A DNA stretch of 64,000 nt from Gammaproteobacteria bacterium (GTDB lineage Bacteria; Pseudomonadota; Gammaproteobacteria; Steroidobacterales; PWYM01). The position numbers and the translations under genes were made by a program. Position 1 is the stretch's first letter. Each line of letters begins with the position of its first letter. Of the stretch, positions 1-9,060 are shown piece after piece. The notes beneath the pieces were generated by a model. The model worked only from the letters and a program-made list of their open reading frames with translations. It made no database searches and was not told where the DNA came from. The stretch is taken from assembly GCA_007693855.1 (NCBI GenBank), contig RECU01000091.1, forward strand, positions 1,955-65,954. The letters run 5' to 3'.

Positions 1-919
1 TCGTTGAGTGCGCCCTGGCCAGTGGCGACCGCGCCGCGCAGCAGCTCGAAGACATCGGGGTTGCGCTTCTGCGGCATGATCGACGAGCCGGTCGTCATGC
101 TTTCGGGCAGGCTGACGAAACCGAACTCGTGGGTGTAGTAGAGCAGCAGGTCGGCGGCCAGGCGTGCCAGGTCGTTGAGCGTCAGCGTGAGCTGGAACAG
201 CAGCTCGCTCTCGGCCTTGCCGCGCGAGAGCTGCACGGCGGTCACCGGGGTGTGCACGGCGTCGAAGCCGAGGGCTGCGGTGGTCATCTCCCGGTCGAGC
301 GGCAGGCCCGGCACGCCGTAACCGGCGGCGGAGCCGAGCGGGTTCAGGCCGGCGCGATGGCGGACCCTGCGCAGGGCGGCGGCGTCGTCACGGAATTCGG
401 TGGCGAAGCCGCCGGCCCACAGGGCCACGCTCGAGGGCATCGCCGGTTGCATGTGGGTATAGCCGGGCAGGGCGACCTCGCCCTGGCGACCGGCGAGCCG
501 GTCGAGGGCAGCGGCGACGTCGTCGGCCTGGCCCGCCAGCCCCTCCAGTACGTCCAGCAGATAAAGCCGCAGCGCTGTGAGCACCTGGTCATTGCGCGAA
601 CGCCCGAGGTGGACCCGGCCGCCGGCCTCGCCGATGCGCGCGGTCAGCCGTGTCTCCAGTGCGGTATGGCAGTCCTCGTCTTCCAGGCCGATCTGCCACT
701 CACCTGCTGCATGCGCGGCCCCGAGCGCCTGCAGTCCGGCGACGATGGCCTCGCAGTCGGGCGCGCTCAGCAGCTCACGGGCAGCGAGCATGCGGGCATG
801 GGCGATGGATGCGGTGACGTCGTAGCCGACCAGGCGCGCGTCGAGCAGGTGGTCCTCGCCGGCGCAGTAGCGGAGGATCCGCGCATCCAGGGGCTCGCCC
901 TTGTCCCACAGCCGGCTCA
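1..919 (-). CDS. argH: argininosuccinate lyase (3' end runs off the left edge of the window)
   Basis: Own translation of the minus strand from the ATG at 917-919: MSRLWDKGEPLDARILRY...HLGRSRNDQV...GYTHMQPAMP...GSSIMPQKRNPDVFELLRG. These are fumarate-lyase/ArgH signatures. ATGA start/stop overlap with argB. Absent from the ORF track because no stop lies inside the window. Confidence 0.9.
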
Positions 920-1852
920 TGCCGTGCCATCTCCCTGTTCCTCGGGTGTCAGCGCCTCGATGTCGTTCACCACCAGCGTTCCGGTGCCCTCGTTGGTGAA
1001 CACCTCGAGCAGCAGGGACTCGGGCGCCTTCCAGGAAATCACGTGGACGCGGTTGACCCCACCCCGGAGCGCCTGTTGGATGGCGACGGCCTTCGGCAGC
1101 ATGCCATCGGCGAGACTGCCGGCCTGCAGCAGCTCCTGGAGATCCTCGAGATCCATATACGACACCAGCGAGCCCGGATCCTCGCGATCGCGCAGGATGC
1201 CCGGCGCCGCGGTGGCCAGCATCAGTTTCTCAGCGTTCAGCGCAATGGCCAGCGCCGAGGCGACGGTGTCGGCATTGATGTTCAGCAGGGTGCCGTTTTC
1301 ATCAGCCGACAGGGGGCTGACCACCGGCATCAGGCCGTTGTCGAGCTGCTTCTGGATGATGTCGGCATCCACGGCGTCGATGTCTCCGACGAAGCCATAG
1401 TCCACCGGCGCCTCGTTACCGGCCACTCTGACCGGTGGCCGCTTGTGCGCCCGGATGAGCCCGGCGTCCACGCCAGAGATACCGACCGCGGGCACGTCCA
1501 GATCGCGACAGGCCGCGAGGATGCGGGTATTGATCAGGCCGTTCAATACCATGGTGGCGACTTCCAGCGCGGGCTGATCGGTGACCCGACGACCCTCGAC
1601 GAACTGGGTCGCCAGCCCCAGGGACTTGGCAAGCTCGGTGGACTGGGGGCCACCGCCGTGGACCAGCACCACGCGGATGCCCACCTGGTGCAGCAGCCCG
1701 ACCTGGGTCATCAGCGCATGGGTGTCCTCCGGGGTGGCGAAGACCTCGCCCCCGGCCTTGAGCACGAAGACCTTGCCCTTGTACATGCGGATGTAAGGCG
1801 CGGCGTGTTTGAGCGCACTGACGACAATGGCGCGTTCCTGGTTGGTTCTCAT
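917..1852 (-). CDS. argB: acetylglutamate kinase
   Basis: Within ORF 917..2071. The internal ATG at 1850-1852 gives MRTNQERAIVVSALKHAAPYIRMYKGKVFVLKAGGE...VLVHGGGPQ...NINAD, typical ArgB. The upstream 73 codons are Arg/Pro-rich and overlap the argF' 3' end. Confidence 0.9.
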   Translation of the reverse strand: MRTNQERAIVVSALKHAAPYIRMYKGKVFVLKAGGEVFATPEDTHALMTQVGLLHQVGIRVVLVHGGGPQSTELAKSLGLATQFVEGRRVTDQPALEVATMVLNGLINTRILAACRDLDVPAVGISGVDAGLIRAHKRPPVRVAGNEAPVDYGFVGDIDAVDADIIQKQLDNGLMPVVSPLSADENGTLLNINADTVASALAIALNAEKLMLATAAPGILRDREDPGSLVSYMDLEDLQELLQAGSLADGMLPKAVAIQQALRGGVNRVHVISWKAPESLLLEVFTNEGTGTLVVNDIEALTPEEQGDGTA

Positions 1853-1881
1853 CTGCTCGGGTCCTTTGTTGTGTGCTTCGC

Positions 1882-2886
1882 TCAGCTGCCGCGCAGCATG
1901 CGGTAAACCACCGCCATCTGCGCGACCATGCGGTTGCGCGCCTCCTGGATGACCACGCTGCGCGGGCCATCGAGCACCCGATCGCTGACCGCCACACCGC
2001 GGCGGACCGGCAGGCAGTGCATCAGCCGGCAGTCCTCGCGGGCCGGCTCGAACCACGGGTCGTCGACGCACCAGTCGACCAGTTCGCGGCGAAGCTTCTC
2101 GTCGCCCAGGCGATCACCATAGTGACGGGTCGACGACCACTCCTTGGCGTACACCACGTGGGCGCCCTCGATGGCCTCGTGGCGATCCGCCGACTCCCGC
2201 AGGCTGCCTCCATTGGCCTCGGCGGCCGCGCGGGCCTTGTCCATGATCGGTGTCGGCAGCTCGAAGCCTTCGGGGCGCAGGACCGTCACGTCCATGCCGC
2301 GGTGGCAAGCCATGTGCACCACGGCAGAGGGCACGGCCAGCGGCAGCGCCTTGGGGTGATAGGCCCAGGAGAGTACGAACTTGCCGCCCTGGCGCGGCAC
2401 GCCGAGCTCGTCCATGGTTTTCCAGTCGGCCAGGGCCTGGCAGGGATGGTTGATGGCCGACTCCATGTTGATCATCGGCTTGTCGATCAGCGAGCGGAAG
2501 GTCTGGAACTCGCTGTCGGCGAGGTCATCCTCGATCCGCTGGCGCTGTGCAAAGGCGCGGATGCCGATGGCGTCGCCGTAGGAGGCGATGACCGGCACGG
2601 CCTCGCGGATATGCTCGGCGGCGGCACCGTCCATCACGATGCCCGGCCGGGTCTCCAGACCGTGGATCGACATCTCGGGAGAGATGACGAAGGCGCTGCC
2701 CCCCAGTCGGATCATGGCCGCCTGGAACGAGGACATGGTCCGCAACGAGGGGTTGAGGAACAGCAGTGCCAGCACCCGCCCGGCCAGTGCCTGGGGCTCG
2801 GGATGCTCGTCGAGCCGGCGGGCCAGCGCCAGCAGGTCGTCGATCTCCTCGACGCTGAAATCGGCGAGGTCGTTGAACAGCTTCAT
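1882..2886 (-). CDS. argF': N-acetylornithine (or N-succinylornithine) carbamoyltransferase, ArgF' type
   Basis: 334 aa with NPSLRT, VMDGAAAEHI, INMESAINHPCQALAD, SWAYHPKALP and HCLPVRRG. These match the Xanthomonas/Bacteroides AOTCase/SOTCase family (recalled from memory) rather than classical OTCase. Confidence 0.8.
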   Translation of the reverse strand: MKLFNDLADFSVEEIDDLLALARRLDEHPEPQALAGRVLALLFLNPSLRTMSSFQAAMIRLGGSAFVISPEMSIHGLETRPGIVMDGAAAEHIREAVPVIASYGDAIGIRAFAQRQRIEDDLADSEFQTFRSLIDKPMINMESAINHPCQALADWKTMDELGVPRQGGKFVLSWAYHPKALPLAVPSAVVHMACHRGMDVTVLRPEGFELPTPIMDKARAAAEANGGSLRESADRHEAIEGAHVVYAKEWSSTRHYGDRLGDEKLRRELVDWCVDDPWFEPAREDCRLMHCLPVRRGVAVSDRVLDGPRSVVIQEARNRMVAQMAVVYRMLRGS

Positions 2887-4043
2887 GCGGAAATCTCCTC
2901 CAGGGCGGCGGCCAGCCGCAGGACGTGGTCTTCTTCGAGAACATAGGGGGGCAGCAGTCGCACGATATGCGGATCGGCGCTGCCGCCGGCCATGATGTCG
3001 CGGGCCAGGAGCTCGCGATTGATGTCGCGTGCCGGGCGGGTGGTGCGCAGGCCGAGCAGCAGGCCGGCGCCCTGCACGGCGGTCACCGGACCGACCTGGC
3101 AGTGCTCGCGGATGAGGCGCTCCAGTGTGCCGATGCGCGCGAGCAGATCGGTCTCCTCGATCACCGCGAGCACCGTCTCGACGATGGCGCAGGCCAGCGG
3201 CCCGCCACCGAAGGTCGTGCCGAGATCGCCCACCTGCAGCCCCTCGGCCACGCCGGCGCGGGTCACCAGGGCGCCGACCGGGAAGCCGCCGCCGAGCGAC
3301 TTGGCGAGCGTGGCGACATCCGGGGTGACGCCGGCCCGGCTGATCGCAAGCGCCATGCCACTGCGGCCCATGCCACTCTGCACCTCGTCGCTGATCAGCC
3401 AGGCGCCCGCCGCATCGCAGGCCTCGCGGGCCGCTCGCAACACCGCCAGGGGCAGATCGTAGGCGCCGGCCACACCCTGCACCGGCTCCAGGATCACCGC
3501 GGCGGTGCGCTCATCGACGGCTGCACGCAGCGCCGCCGGGTCATCTCGGGGCACGAACACCGTCTCGAACGGGCGCTGTGGGAAGCCGTACCACTTGTCC
3601 GCCCCCCAGGTCGCGGCGGCCGCCGCTGCGGTGCGGCCGTGGAAGCCGTGTTCGAGCGCGACGATCCGCGGCCGGCCGGTCGCCTTCAGCGCCAGGCGCA
3701 GGGCGTTTTCATTGGCCTCGGCACCCGAGTTGACGAAAAACACATGGCTGAGTCCTGCGGGCATGAACCCGGCGAGGCGCCGCGCGGCCCGGGCGCGAAT
3801 ATCCAGCGCCACGGCATTGCTCTGGAACATCAGCGTCGCGGCCTGGTGGGCGAGCGTGTCGATCAGCCGCGGGTGGCCATAGCCGAGCGCGGTGACGGCG
3901 TGGCCACCATAGAAATCCAGGATCCGGCGCCCATCGGCGGTGTGGATCCAGACGCCTTCGGCGCGGACCGGTTCGATGTCCAGCTGCGCGTAGACCGGCA
4001 GCAGATGCTCGGCTTCGCGGGCGATGACGGTGAGGGCGTGCAT
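2883..4043 (-). CDS. argD: acetylornithine aminotransferase (class III PLP aminotransferase)
   Basis: 386 aa with GGHAVTALGYGHP, NSGAEANE and DEVQSGMGRSG. 4-nt overlap with the argF' start. Sits inside the arg operon. Confidence 0.85.
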   Translation of the reverse strand: MHALTVIAREAEHLLPVYAQLDIEPVRAEGVWIHTADGRRILDFYGGHAVTALGYGHPRLIDTLAHQAATLMFQSNAVALDIRARAARRLAGFMPAGLSHVFFVNSGAEANENALRLALKATGRPRIVALEHGFHGRTAAAAAATWGADKWYGFPQRPFETVFVPRDDPAALRAAVDERTAAVILEPVQGVAGAYDLPLAVLRAAREACDAAGAWLISDEVQSGMGRSGMALAISRAGVTPDVATLAKSLGGGFPVGALVTRAGVAEGLQVGDLGTTFGGGPLACAIVETVLAVIEETDLLARIGTLERLIREHCQVGPVTAVQGAGLLLGLRTTRPARDINRELLARDIMAGGSADPHIVRLLPPYVLEEDHVLRLAAALEEISA

Positions 4044-4088
4044 GGCTAAGGGGTCTCCGGGCGATCGATAGGGCAGGGGTGGCGCGGC

Positions 4089-5150
4089 TCAGGTCCAGCC
4101 GGTGCCCGGCGCGGTCAGGCCGGTGTGCTCGGGCCAGCCGAGCATGCGGTTCAGCCACTGCACACTGCCGCCGGCAGCGCCCTTCAGCAGATTGTCGATG
4201 ACCGAGAACACCGCCACGCTCTCGCCATCGGTGGCGATGCCGAGCTGGGCATAGTTGCTGCCCACCACGTCCTTGAGCTTCGGCGTGCCCTCGACCACGC
4301 TGACAAAGGGCGAGGCCGCATAGAAACGGCGCAGCGCCTCGCGCAGCTCGTTCACCGGCACCGGTTCGCGCAGGCGCGCCTGGAGGGTGGCCTGAATGCC
4401 CCGGGCAAATGGTCCTGAATGGGGGACGAAGTGCAGGCGGGGTCGATGGCCGGTGGCGGCCTCGATCAGCCCGGTCACCTCCGGCGCATGCCGGTGACCC
4501 AGCGGGGAGTAGGCATAGAGGTTGGCATGGCGCACCGGATGATGGGTGGTGGCCAGCGGCGTGCGCCCGGAACCGGTGGACCCGGTGATGGCGGCGACGA
4601 ACAGGTCCTCTTCGACCAGCCCGAGACTGACCAGCGGCACCGCGGCGAGCAGCATCGCGGTGGCGAAGCATCCCGGGTGACCGACATGCTTCGCCGGCAC
4701 GCCGGCAACATGCTCGGGCAGGCCGCTGGCGAATTCGGCCAGTCGGTGCGGCGCGCCATGCGGGTGGCCGTAGATGCCGGCGTACGTCTCGGCCTCGCGG
4801 AAGCGAAAGTCGGCGGAGACGTCGACCAGGCGGATATCGGTGTCGACCTGTGCGGCTGTGGTCAGCAGCTGGTCGATCATCGCCGCAGCCGCCCCATGCG
4901 GGGCCGCGCAGAACACCGCCATGCGTGGCACGACCGCCAGCAGCTCCGGGAGACTGTCGGGCGCACTGAAGCGGGTATCGCGATACAGCGGCGCCAGGTG
5001 GCCGAAGGTCTCCGCGATCGCCGCCCCCGCCTGACTCTCCGAGACTGCCGCGGCGAGGTCGAGGTGCGGGTGGCCGGCCACCAGGCGCAGCAACTCGCCG
5101 GCGACATAGCCGGTTGCGCCCAGGACGGTCACGGGCCAGGTCTCGTTCAC
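4089..5150 (-). CDS. argC: N-acetyl-gamma-glutamyl-phosphate reductase
   Basis: 353 aa. N-terminal VTVLGATGYVAGELLRLVAGHP NAD-binding motif and the GCFATA active-site Cys region. GTG start forms a GTGA overlap with the upstream gene stop. Confidence 0.9.
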   Translation of the reverse strand: MNETWPVTVLGATGYVAGELLRLVAGHPHLDLAAAVSESQAGAAIAETFGHLAPLYRDTRFSAPDSLPELLAVVPRMAVFCAAPHGAAAAMIDQLLTTAAQVDTDIRLVDVSADFRFREAETYAGIYGHPHGAPHRLAEFASGLPEHVAGVPAKHVGHPGCFATAMLLAAVPLVSLGLVEEDLFVAAITGSTGSGRTPLATTHHPVRHANLYAYSPLGHRHAPEVTGLIEAATGHRPRLHFVPHSGPFARGIQATLQARLREPVPVNELREALRRFYAASPFVSVVEGTPKLKDVVGSNYAQLGIATDGESVAVFSVIDNLLKGAAGGSVQWLNRMLGWPEHTGLTAPGTGWT

Positions 5151-6226
5151 GCCAGCGCCTCCTGGTTGCTGCGGCGGATCGGCAGGCCGAGTTGCGTCTG
5201 CAGGAGATCGCCAAGCTCCGCGCCATTGGCCAGTGCATTGACGGCGGCAACGCCGAGGCGGTCGCGAATGATGTCGATACCCACCTGGTTGTCGGTGGCC
5301 GGGCCGGTGACCACGGCAGGCTCGATGTCGAACTCCTCACGCAGCAGCTTCACCCCTCCCCAGGCCGCCACCGGGTCGTTCGCGCAGAGTACCGTGCAGG
5401 TCAGGGCCTGGCGGATGGCCGGGTCGCGCAGGATGGCATCGACGCCATAGGCGCCCAGCAGCCCGTCGCCGAGTTCGAAGACGATCACGTCGGGCTTCTC
5501 GCCGGCCAGGCGCGTGAGCAGCGTGCGTGTCAGGGCAGGGCCATTGGCGGCGGTGGTGGCGACGATGCCGAAATCCGAGAACAGCAGGGTATTGCGGGCG
5601 CCGGCGTCCTCCATGGCCAGGACGTCGCGGCGCAGTGCCACGCCCGTGGCCTTGAAGCCGTCGACCACCAGGCCATAGTGGCGGAAGCGGCCGATGATCG
5701 CCGAGGCGGCCGCGGTCTTGCCGGCGTCCATGCTGGTGCCGGCGAGCGCGACCACGGGGATCCCGTGGGTCTCCAGCGGTGGTGCCTCGGCGAGCTTGCC
5801 GATGCCCATGCGTGCGGGCACGCCGATGCGCTCGCCGAGATAGGGAAAGTGCAGCACCGTGCCGAGCACCCGGCAGTCGAACGGCTGGCCATAATCGGGA
5901 TTCGCGGAATCACACACGCCGAGCACGCCGCCGAGGTTGAGGATCTGGACGACATCGCCGGGTGTCAGCTGTGTCGGCAGGTGCCCCGAGTAGCCGAACA
6001 GGGCCTTGCGGTGGCCCAGTGCGCCAACGATCACGTCACCGCGGCGGATTTTGGCCATGCGACCGCTGGTGAGCTCGAGCGTGTTGTACGTGGTCTTGGA
6101 GTTCAGCACCTCGACCGCGACCAGTACGCCTTCTTCACAGGGGATACGGTCGCTCACACGGATTTCGCGCGAGAGATTCAGGTGATGGGCGACGGAGGCG
6201 ATCTTGTCGACGATAACGGTACGCAT
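5147..6226 (-). CDS. uncharacterised two-domain protein with a SIMIBI-like P-loop (AGTSMDAGKT), embedded in the arg operon
   Basis: ORF 5147..6331. ATG at 6224-6226 (MRTVIVDKIAS...) lies 20 nt after the argG stop. Beta-rich N-terminal half; C-terminal half has GTSMDAGKT, FKATG and VIVFELGDGLLG. Its stop overlaps the argC GTG start. Confidence 0.7.
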   Translation of the reverse strand: MRTVIVDKIASVAHHLNLSREIRVSDRIPCEEGVLVAVEVLNSKTTYNTLELTSGRMAKIRRGDVIVGALGHRKALFGYSGHLPTQLTPGDVVQILNLGGVLGVCDSANPDYGQPFDCRVLGTVLHFPYLGERIGVPARMGIGKLAEAPPLETHGIPVVALAGTSMDAGKTAAASAIIGRFRHYGLVVDGFKATGVALRRDVLAMEDAGARNTLLFSDFGIVATTAANGPALTRTLLTRLAGEKPDVIVFELGDGLLGAYGVDAILRDPAIRQALTCTVLCANDPVAAWGGVKLLREEFDIEPAVVTGPATDNQVGIDIIRDRLGVAAVNALANGAELGDLLQTQLGLPIRRSNQEALA

Positions 6227-6246
6227 GGTGGAGTCCTCGGGCGCGC

Positions 6247-7458
6247 TCAGGCGCCACCGCCGGCGCGGGTTTGCAGGATGCCTGGCAGGCTGAGCACCCG
6301 CGAATAGCCCAGGGCGTCGGCCGGGGTCCACTCGCCCGCGGCTTCGCCGTACACGCCGCGAGTGGCCTTGAGCAGCGAGTGCGGGGAGACCACACCCTCG
6401 ACGAATACACTGCCTGGACGCAGCAGCAGATGCGCTTCTCCAGTCACCCGCCGCTGCGAGGAGCCGAGCAGCGCTTCGATGTCCGCGCAGACCAGATCGA
6501 GCTGCTTGCCCTCGTGCACGAGATCGCCATAGATCGCGGCGACCTGCTCCTTGACCCGCTGCTGCAGCGACGAGAGCACGAGCTTCTCGAGTTCGCGGTG
6601 GGCGGTGATCAGCAGTTCGGCCGCAGGCGCTTCAAACGCCACCCGGCCCTTGGTGCCGAGGATGGTGTCGCCGAGGTGGATGCCGCGACCGATGGCATGG
6701 GCCGCGCCAATGCTTTCCAGCCGCTCGATCAGGGCCACAGGCGCCAGCCGCTCGCCATCGAGACTGACCGGTACCCCCGCCTCGAAGCCGATCACCAGCC
6801 GGCGCGGTGGGCGATTGGCCTCGAATGCGCCGGCCGACAGCACCCAGGCGTCTTCCGGGATGCTCGCGCGCGAGTCCAGCGTCTCGGTGCCGCCGATGGT
6901 GACGCCCCAGAGGCCGCGATTGATCGAATAGGCCGAGCTCTTGGCCGGCACCGGCAGTCCGCGCACCTCGAGGTAGCGGACCTGTTCGGCGCGGATGAAA
7001 CCCTCGTCACGCACGGGCGCGAGAATCTCCAGCGTAGGGTCGAGAGTCTTCAGGGCGACTTCGAAGCGGACCTGGTCGTTGCCGGCCGCGGTGCAGCCGT
7101 GGGCGACCGTGGTGGAGCCGAGCTCACGCGCCGCCTGCGCCAGCCGCGAGGCCTGGATGCCGCGTTCGGCGCCGACGCACAGCGGGTAGAGCTGGCCCCG
7201 GCGGACGTTGCCGAAGATCAGGTGGCGAAGCACCTCGTTGAAGAATGCCTCCCGCGCCTCGACCAGCAGGTGCTCGCGGGCCCCGAGCGCGCGTGAGCGT
7301 TCCTCCAGCCGCCGGATATCGGCGGCATCCAGGCCGCCGGTGTTGACGGTGACCGTGACCACCGGACGCTGATGGCGTTCGGTCAGCCAGGGGATGCACA
7401 TGGAGGTGTCGAGACCGCCGGAGAAGGCGAGCACGATGGGGCTGTCGGTGTTGGCCAT
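6247..7458 (-). CDS. argG: argininosuccinate synthase
   Basis: 403 aa. SPIVLAFSGGLDTS ATP-PPase motif and an overall ArgG-like sequence. Confidence 0.95.
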   Translation of the reverse strand: MANTDSPIVLAFSGGLDTSMCIPWLTERHQRPVVTVTVNTGGLDAADIRRLEERSRALGAREHLLVEAREAFFNEVLRHLIFGNVRRGQLYPLCVGAERGIQASRLAQAARELGSTTVAHGCTAAGNDQVRFEVALKTLDPTLEILAPVRDEGFIRAEQVRYLEVRGLPVPAKSSAYSINRGLWGVTIGGTETLDSRASIPEDAWVLSAGAFEANRPPRRLVIGFEAGVPVSLDGERLAPVALIERLESIGAAHAIGRGIHLGDTILGTKGRVAFEAPAAELLITAHRELEKLVLSSLQQRVKEQVAAIYGDLVHEGKQLDLVCADIEALLGSSQRRVTGEAHLLLRPGSVFVEGVVSPHSLLKATRGVYGEAAGEWTPADALGYSRVLSLPGILQTRAGGGA

Positions 7459-7478
7459 GAAACGGGAGTCCTTCGAGG

Positions 7479-7949
7479 TCAGGGTGTGGGGCGAATGCCG
7501 AACACGGCGTTGAGCCGCGCCAGCAGCAGTTTCTGGCGGGCACGGTCGGCCGTCGCCACGAAGATCGTATCGTCGCCGGAGAGCGTACCGGCGATCTCGG
7601 GCCAGCCGCTGCGATCCAGCGACAGCGCCACCCGCTGCGCGGCGCCCACCGCCGTGGTGACAATGGTGAGGTTCGGCCCTGCTGCGCGCAGTGCGCGCAC
7701 GAAACCGGCCACGGAGTCGAAATCCGCGTCGGCCGCGGTGCTCGCCTGCGGCAGGGCGTAACCGGTTTTATGCTTGATCACGCCCATGTCGCGCAGGTCC
7801 CGGCTGACGCTGGACTGCGTTGCTTCGATCCCGGCTGCCTGCAGCAGCGCCACGAGCTCGGCCTGCCGGGTCACGGTCTGCGAGGCAATGATGGTGGCGA
7901 TGGCCTCGCGGCGGCGGACCTGGTGTTCGACTTGGGCGGGCATGGGCAT
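7479..7949 (-). CDS. argR: arginine repressor
   Basis: ORF 7479..8000 (the 8000 start is TTG). Winged-helix region QAELVALLQAAGIEATQSSVSRDLRDMGV and C-terminal GTLSGDDTIFV. ATG at 7949 gives 156 aa and lies downstream of a good promoter. ATG at 7970 is an alternative. Confidence 0.85.
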   Translation of the reverse strand: MPMPAQVEHQVRRREAIATIIASQTVTRQAELVALLQAAGIEATQSSVSRDLRDMGVIKHKTGYALPQASTAADADFDSVAGFVRALRAAGPNLTIVTTAVGAAQRVALSLDRSGWPEIAGTLSGDDTIFVATADRARQKLLLARLNAVFGIRPTP

Positions 7950-7971
7950 GGGTTCCAGCGAATTGCGCATA

Positions 7972-8010
7972 AGAATAAACTGATGCGCATGACTATGCAA
8001 TGCGGATTCA
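7972..8010 (-). promoter_or_regulatory. candidate argR/arg-operon promoter with operator-like palindromes
   Basis: Minus strand: TTGCAT (8000-7995), 17 nt spacer, TATTCT (7977-7972). The palindrome ATGCGCAT (7983-7990) lies in the spacer, TTGCGCAT is at 7963-7970 and TGAAT at 8010-8006. The sites are phased about 20-21 bp apart, like ARG boxes. Confidence 0.35.
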
Positions 8011-8081
8011 CGTTACCATCGCCGCCGGCAATGTGTCATCGGCTGCGGTGGATGACGTTCACGTCAGTAGGGGATCAGGGA

Positions 8082-8750
8082 ATGAGTGATACGGAAGTGC
8101 TGCCTGCCGTCGAGGTGACCACCGGACCCGCGCCGGAGCGCGCGGTGATCTGGCTGCATGGCCTGGGTGCGGACGGGCACGATTTCGAGCCGCTGGTGCC
8201 GGAGCTCGGTCTCGAGCTTGCGGTGCGCTTCGTTTTCCCGCATGCGCCGGAACGCCCGGTGACCCTCAACCAGGGCTATCGCATGCGTGCCTGGTACGAC
8301 ATCACCGGGCTGGATCGACGCGCGCTGCAGGACGAGGCGGGTATTCGCCAGAGCGCCGACCAGGTCGAGGCGTTGATCGCGCGCGAGATCGCCCGGGGTG
8401 TCCCCGCCGAGCGGATCGTGCTCGCCGGATTCTCGCAGGGTGGCGCCATCGCGTTGTATGCCGGGCTGCGACGCCGCGAGCCGCTGGCCGGCGTGATGGC
8501 GCTGTCGACCTACCTGCCGCTGGAACAGGCGTTCCTGCAGGAGCGCGCGCCCGGGAGCGCGGCTGTGCCGGTGTTCATGGCGCACGGGTCGGCCGACCCC
8601 GTGCTGGCCGTATCGCTCGGCGAACACTCGCGGGACCTGCTCCAGACGCTGGGCTATCCGGTCGAATGGCGGGCCTATCCGATGGGTCACCAGGTGTGCC
8701 TGGAGGAAGTCCGCGCCATCGCCGAGTGGCTGGCCCGGGTGCTGACCTGA
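8082..8750 (+). CDS. carboxylesterase/phospholipase family alpha/beta hydrolase
   Basis: Within ORF 7770..8750. ATG at 8082 gives MSDTEVLPAVEV...VIWLHGLGADGHDF...GFSQGGAIAL...AHGSADPV...GHQV (Ser-Asp-His triad context). Confidence 0.85.
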   Translation: MSDTEVLPAVEVTTGPAPERAVIWLHGLGADGHDFEPLVPELGLELAVRFVFPHAPERPVTLNQGYRMRAWYDITGLDRRALQDEAGIRQSADQVEALIAREIARGVPAERIVLAGFSQGGAIALYAGLRRREPLAGVMALSTYLPLEQAFLQERAPGSAAVPVFMAHGSADPVLAVSLGEHSRDLLQTLGYPVEWRAYPMGHQVCLEEVRAIAEWLARVLT

Positions 8751-8757
8751 GGCGCCG

Positions 8758-9060
8758 GTGGACGAGCCTTCCGGAGCGCCGGCACAGATCGACCCGCGGG
8801 CGCGGCGCGCGCTGCGCCGGCAGGCGGTGGTGTCGCTGGTGGTGCTGCTGGCCTGTATCCCGGCTTTCGCCTGGGTCATACTGACGCGCGAACTGTCGTT
8901 CGCCGGTTCCTTCGGCCTGTTCGGTGGGCATTGGATGTTGGGTGTGCTGATGCCCATCGCAGTGCTGGCGCTGGTGTCGCTGGTACATGCGCTGCAGCGG
9001 CTCGGCGTGAGTGGCGTCCAGTCCCCGCCAGATCACCCTACGGATGGAGATGCCCCGTGA
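8758..9060 (+). CDS. small membrane protein, two predicted TM helices
   Basis: 100 aa, GTG start. Strong GC3 bias in this frame, two hydrophobic stretches, GTGA overlap with the next gene. Confidence 0.5.
   Translation: MDEPSGAPAQIDPRARRALRRQAVVSLVVLLACIPAFAWVILTRELSFAGSFGLFGGHWMLGVLMPIAVLALVSLVHALQRLGVSGVQSPPDHPTDGDAP

Noticed and set aside
129-1400. 423-aa + strand ORF across argH/argB
   Set aside because: It is antisense to clearly recognisable argH and argB, and its product is Ala/Gly/Arg-rich with low complexity. This is a typical shadow ORF of a high-GC genome.
3709-5340. 543-aa minus-strand ORF overlapping argD/argC in another frame
   Set aside because: The composition is Arg/Pro/Gly-rich with no motifs. 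The argD and argC frames explain the region.
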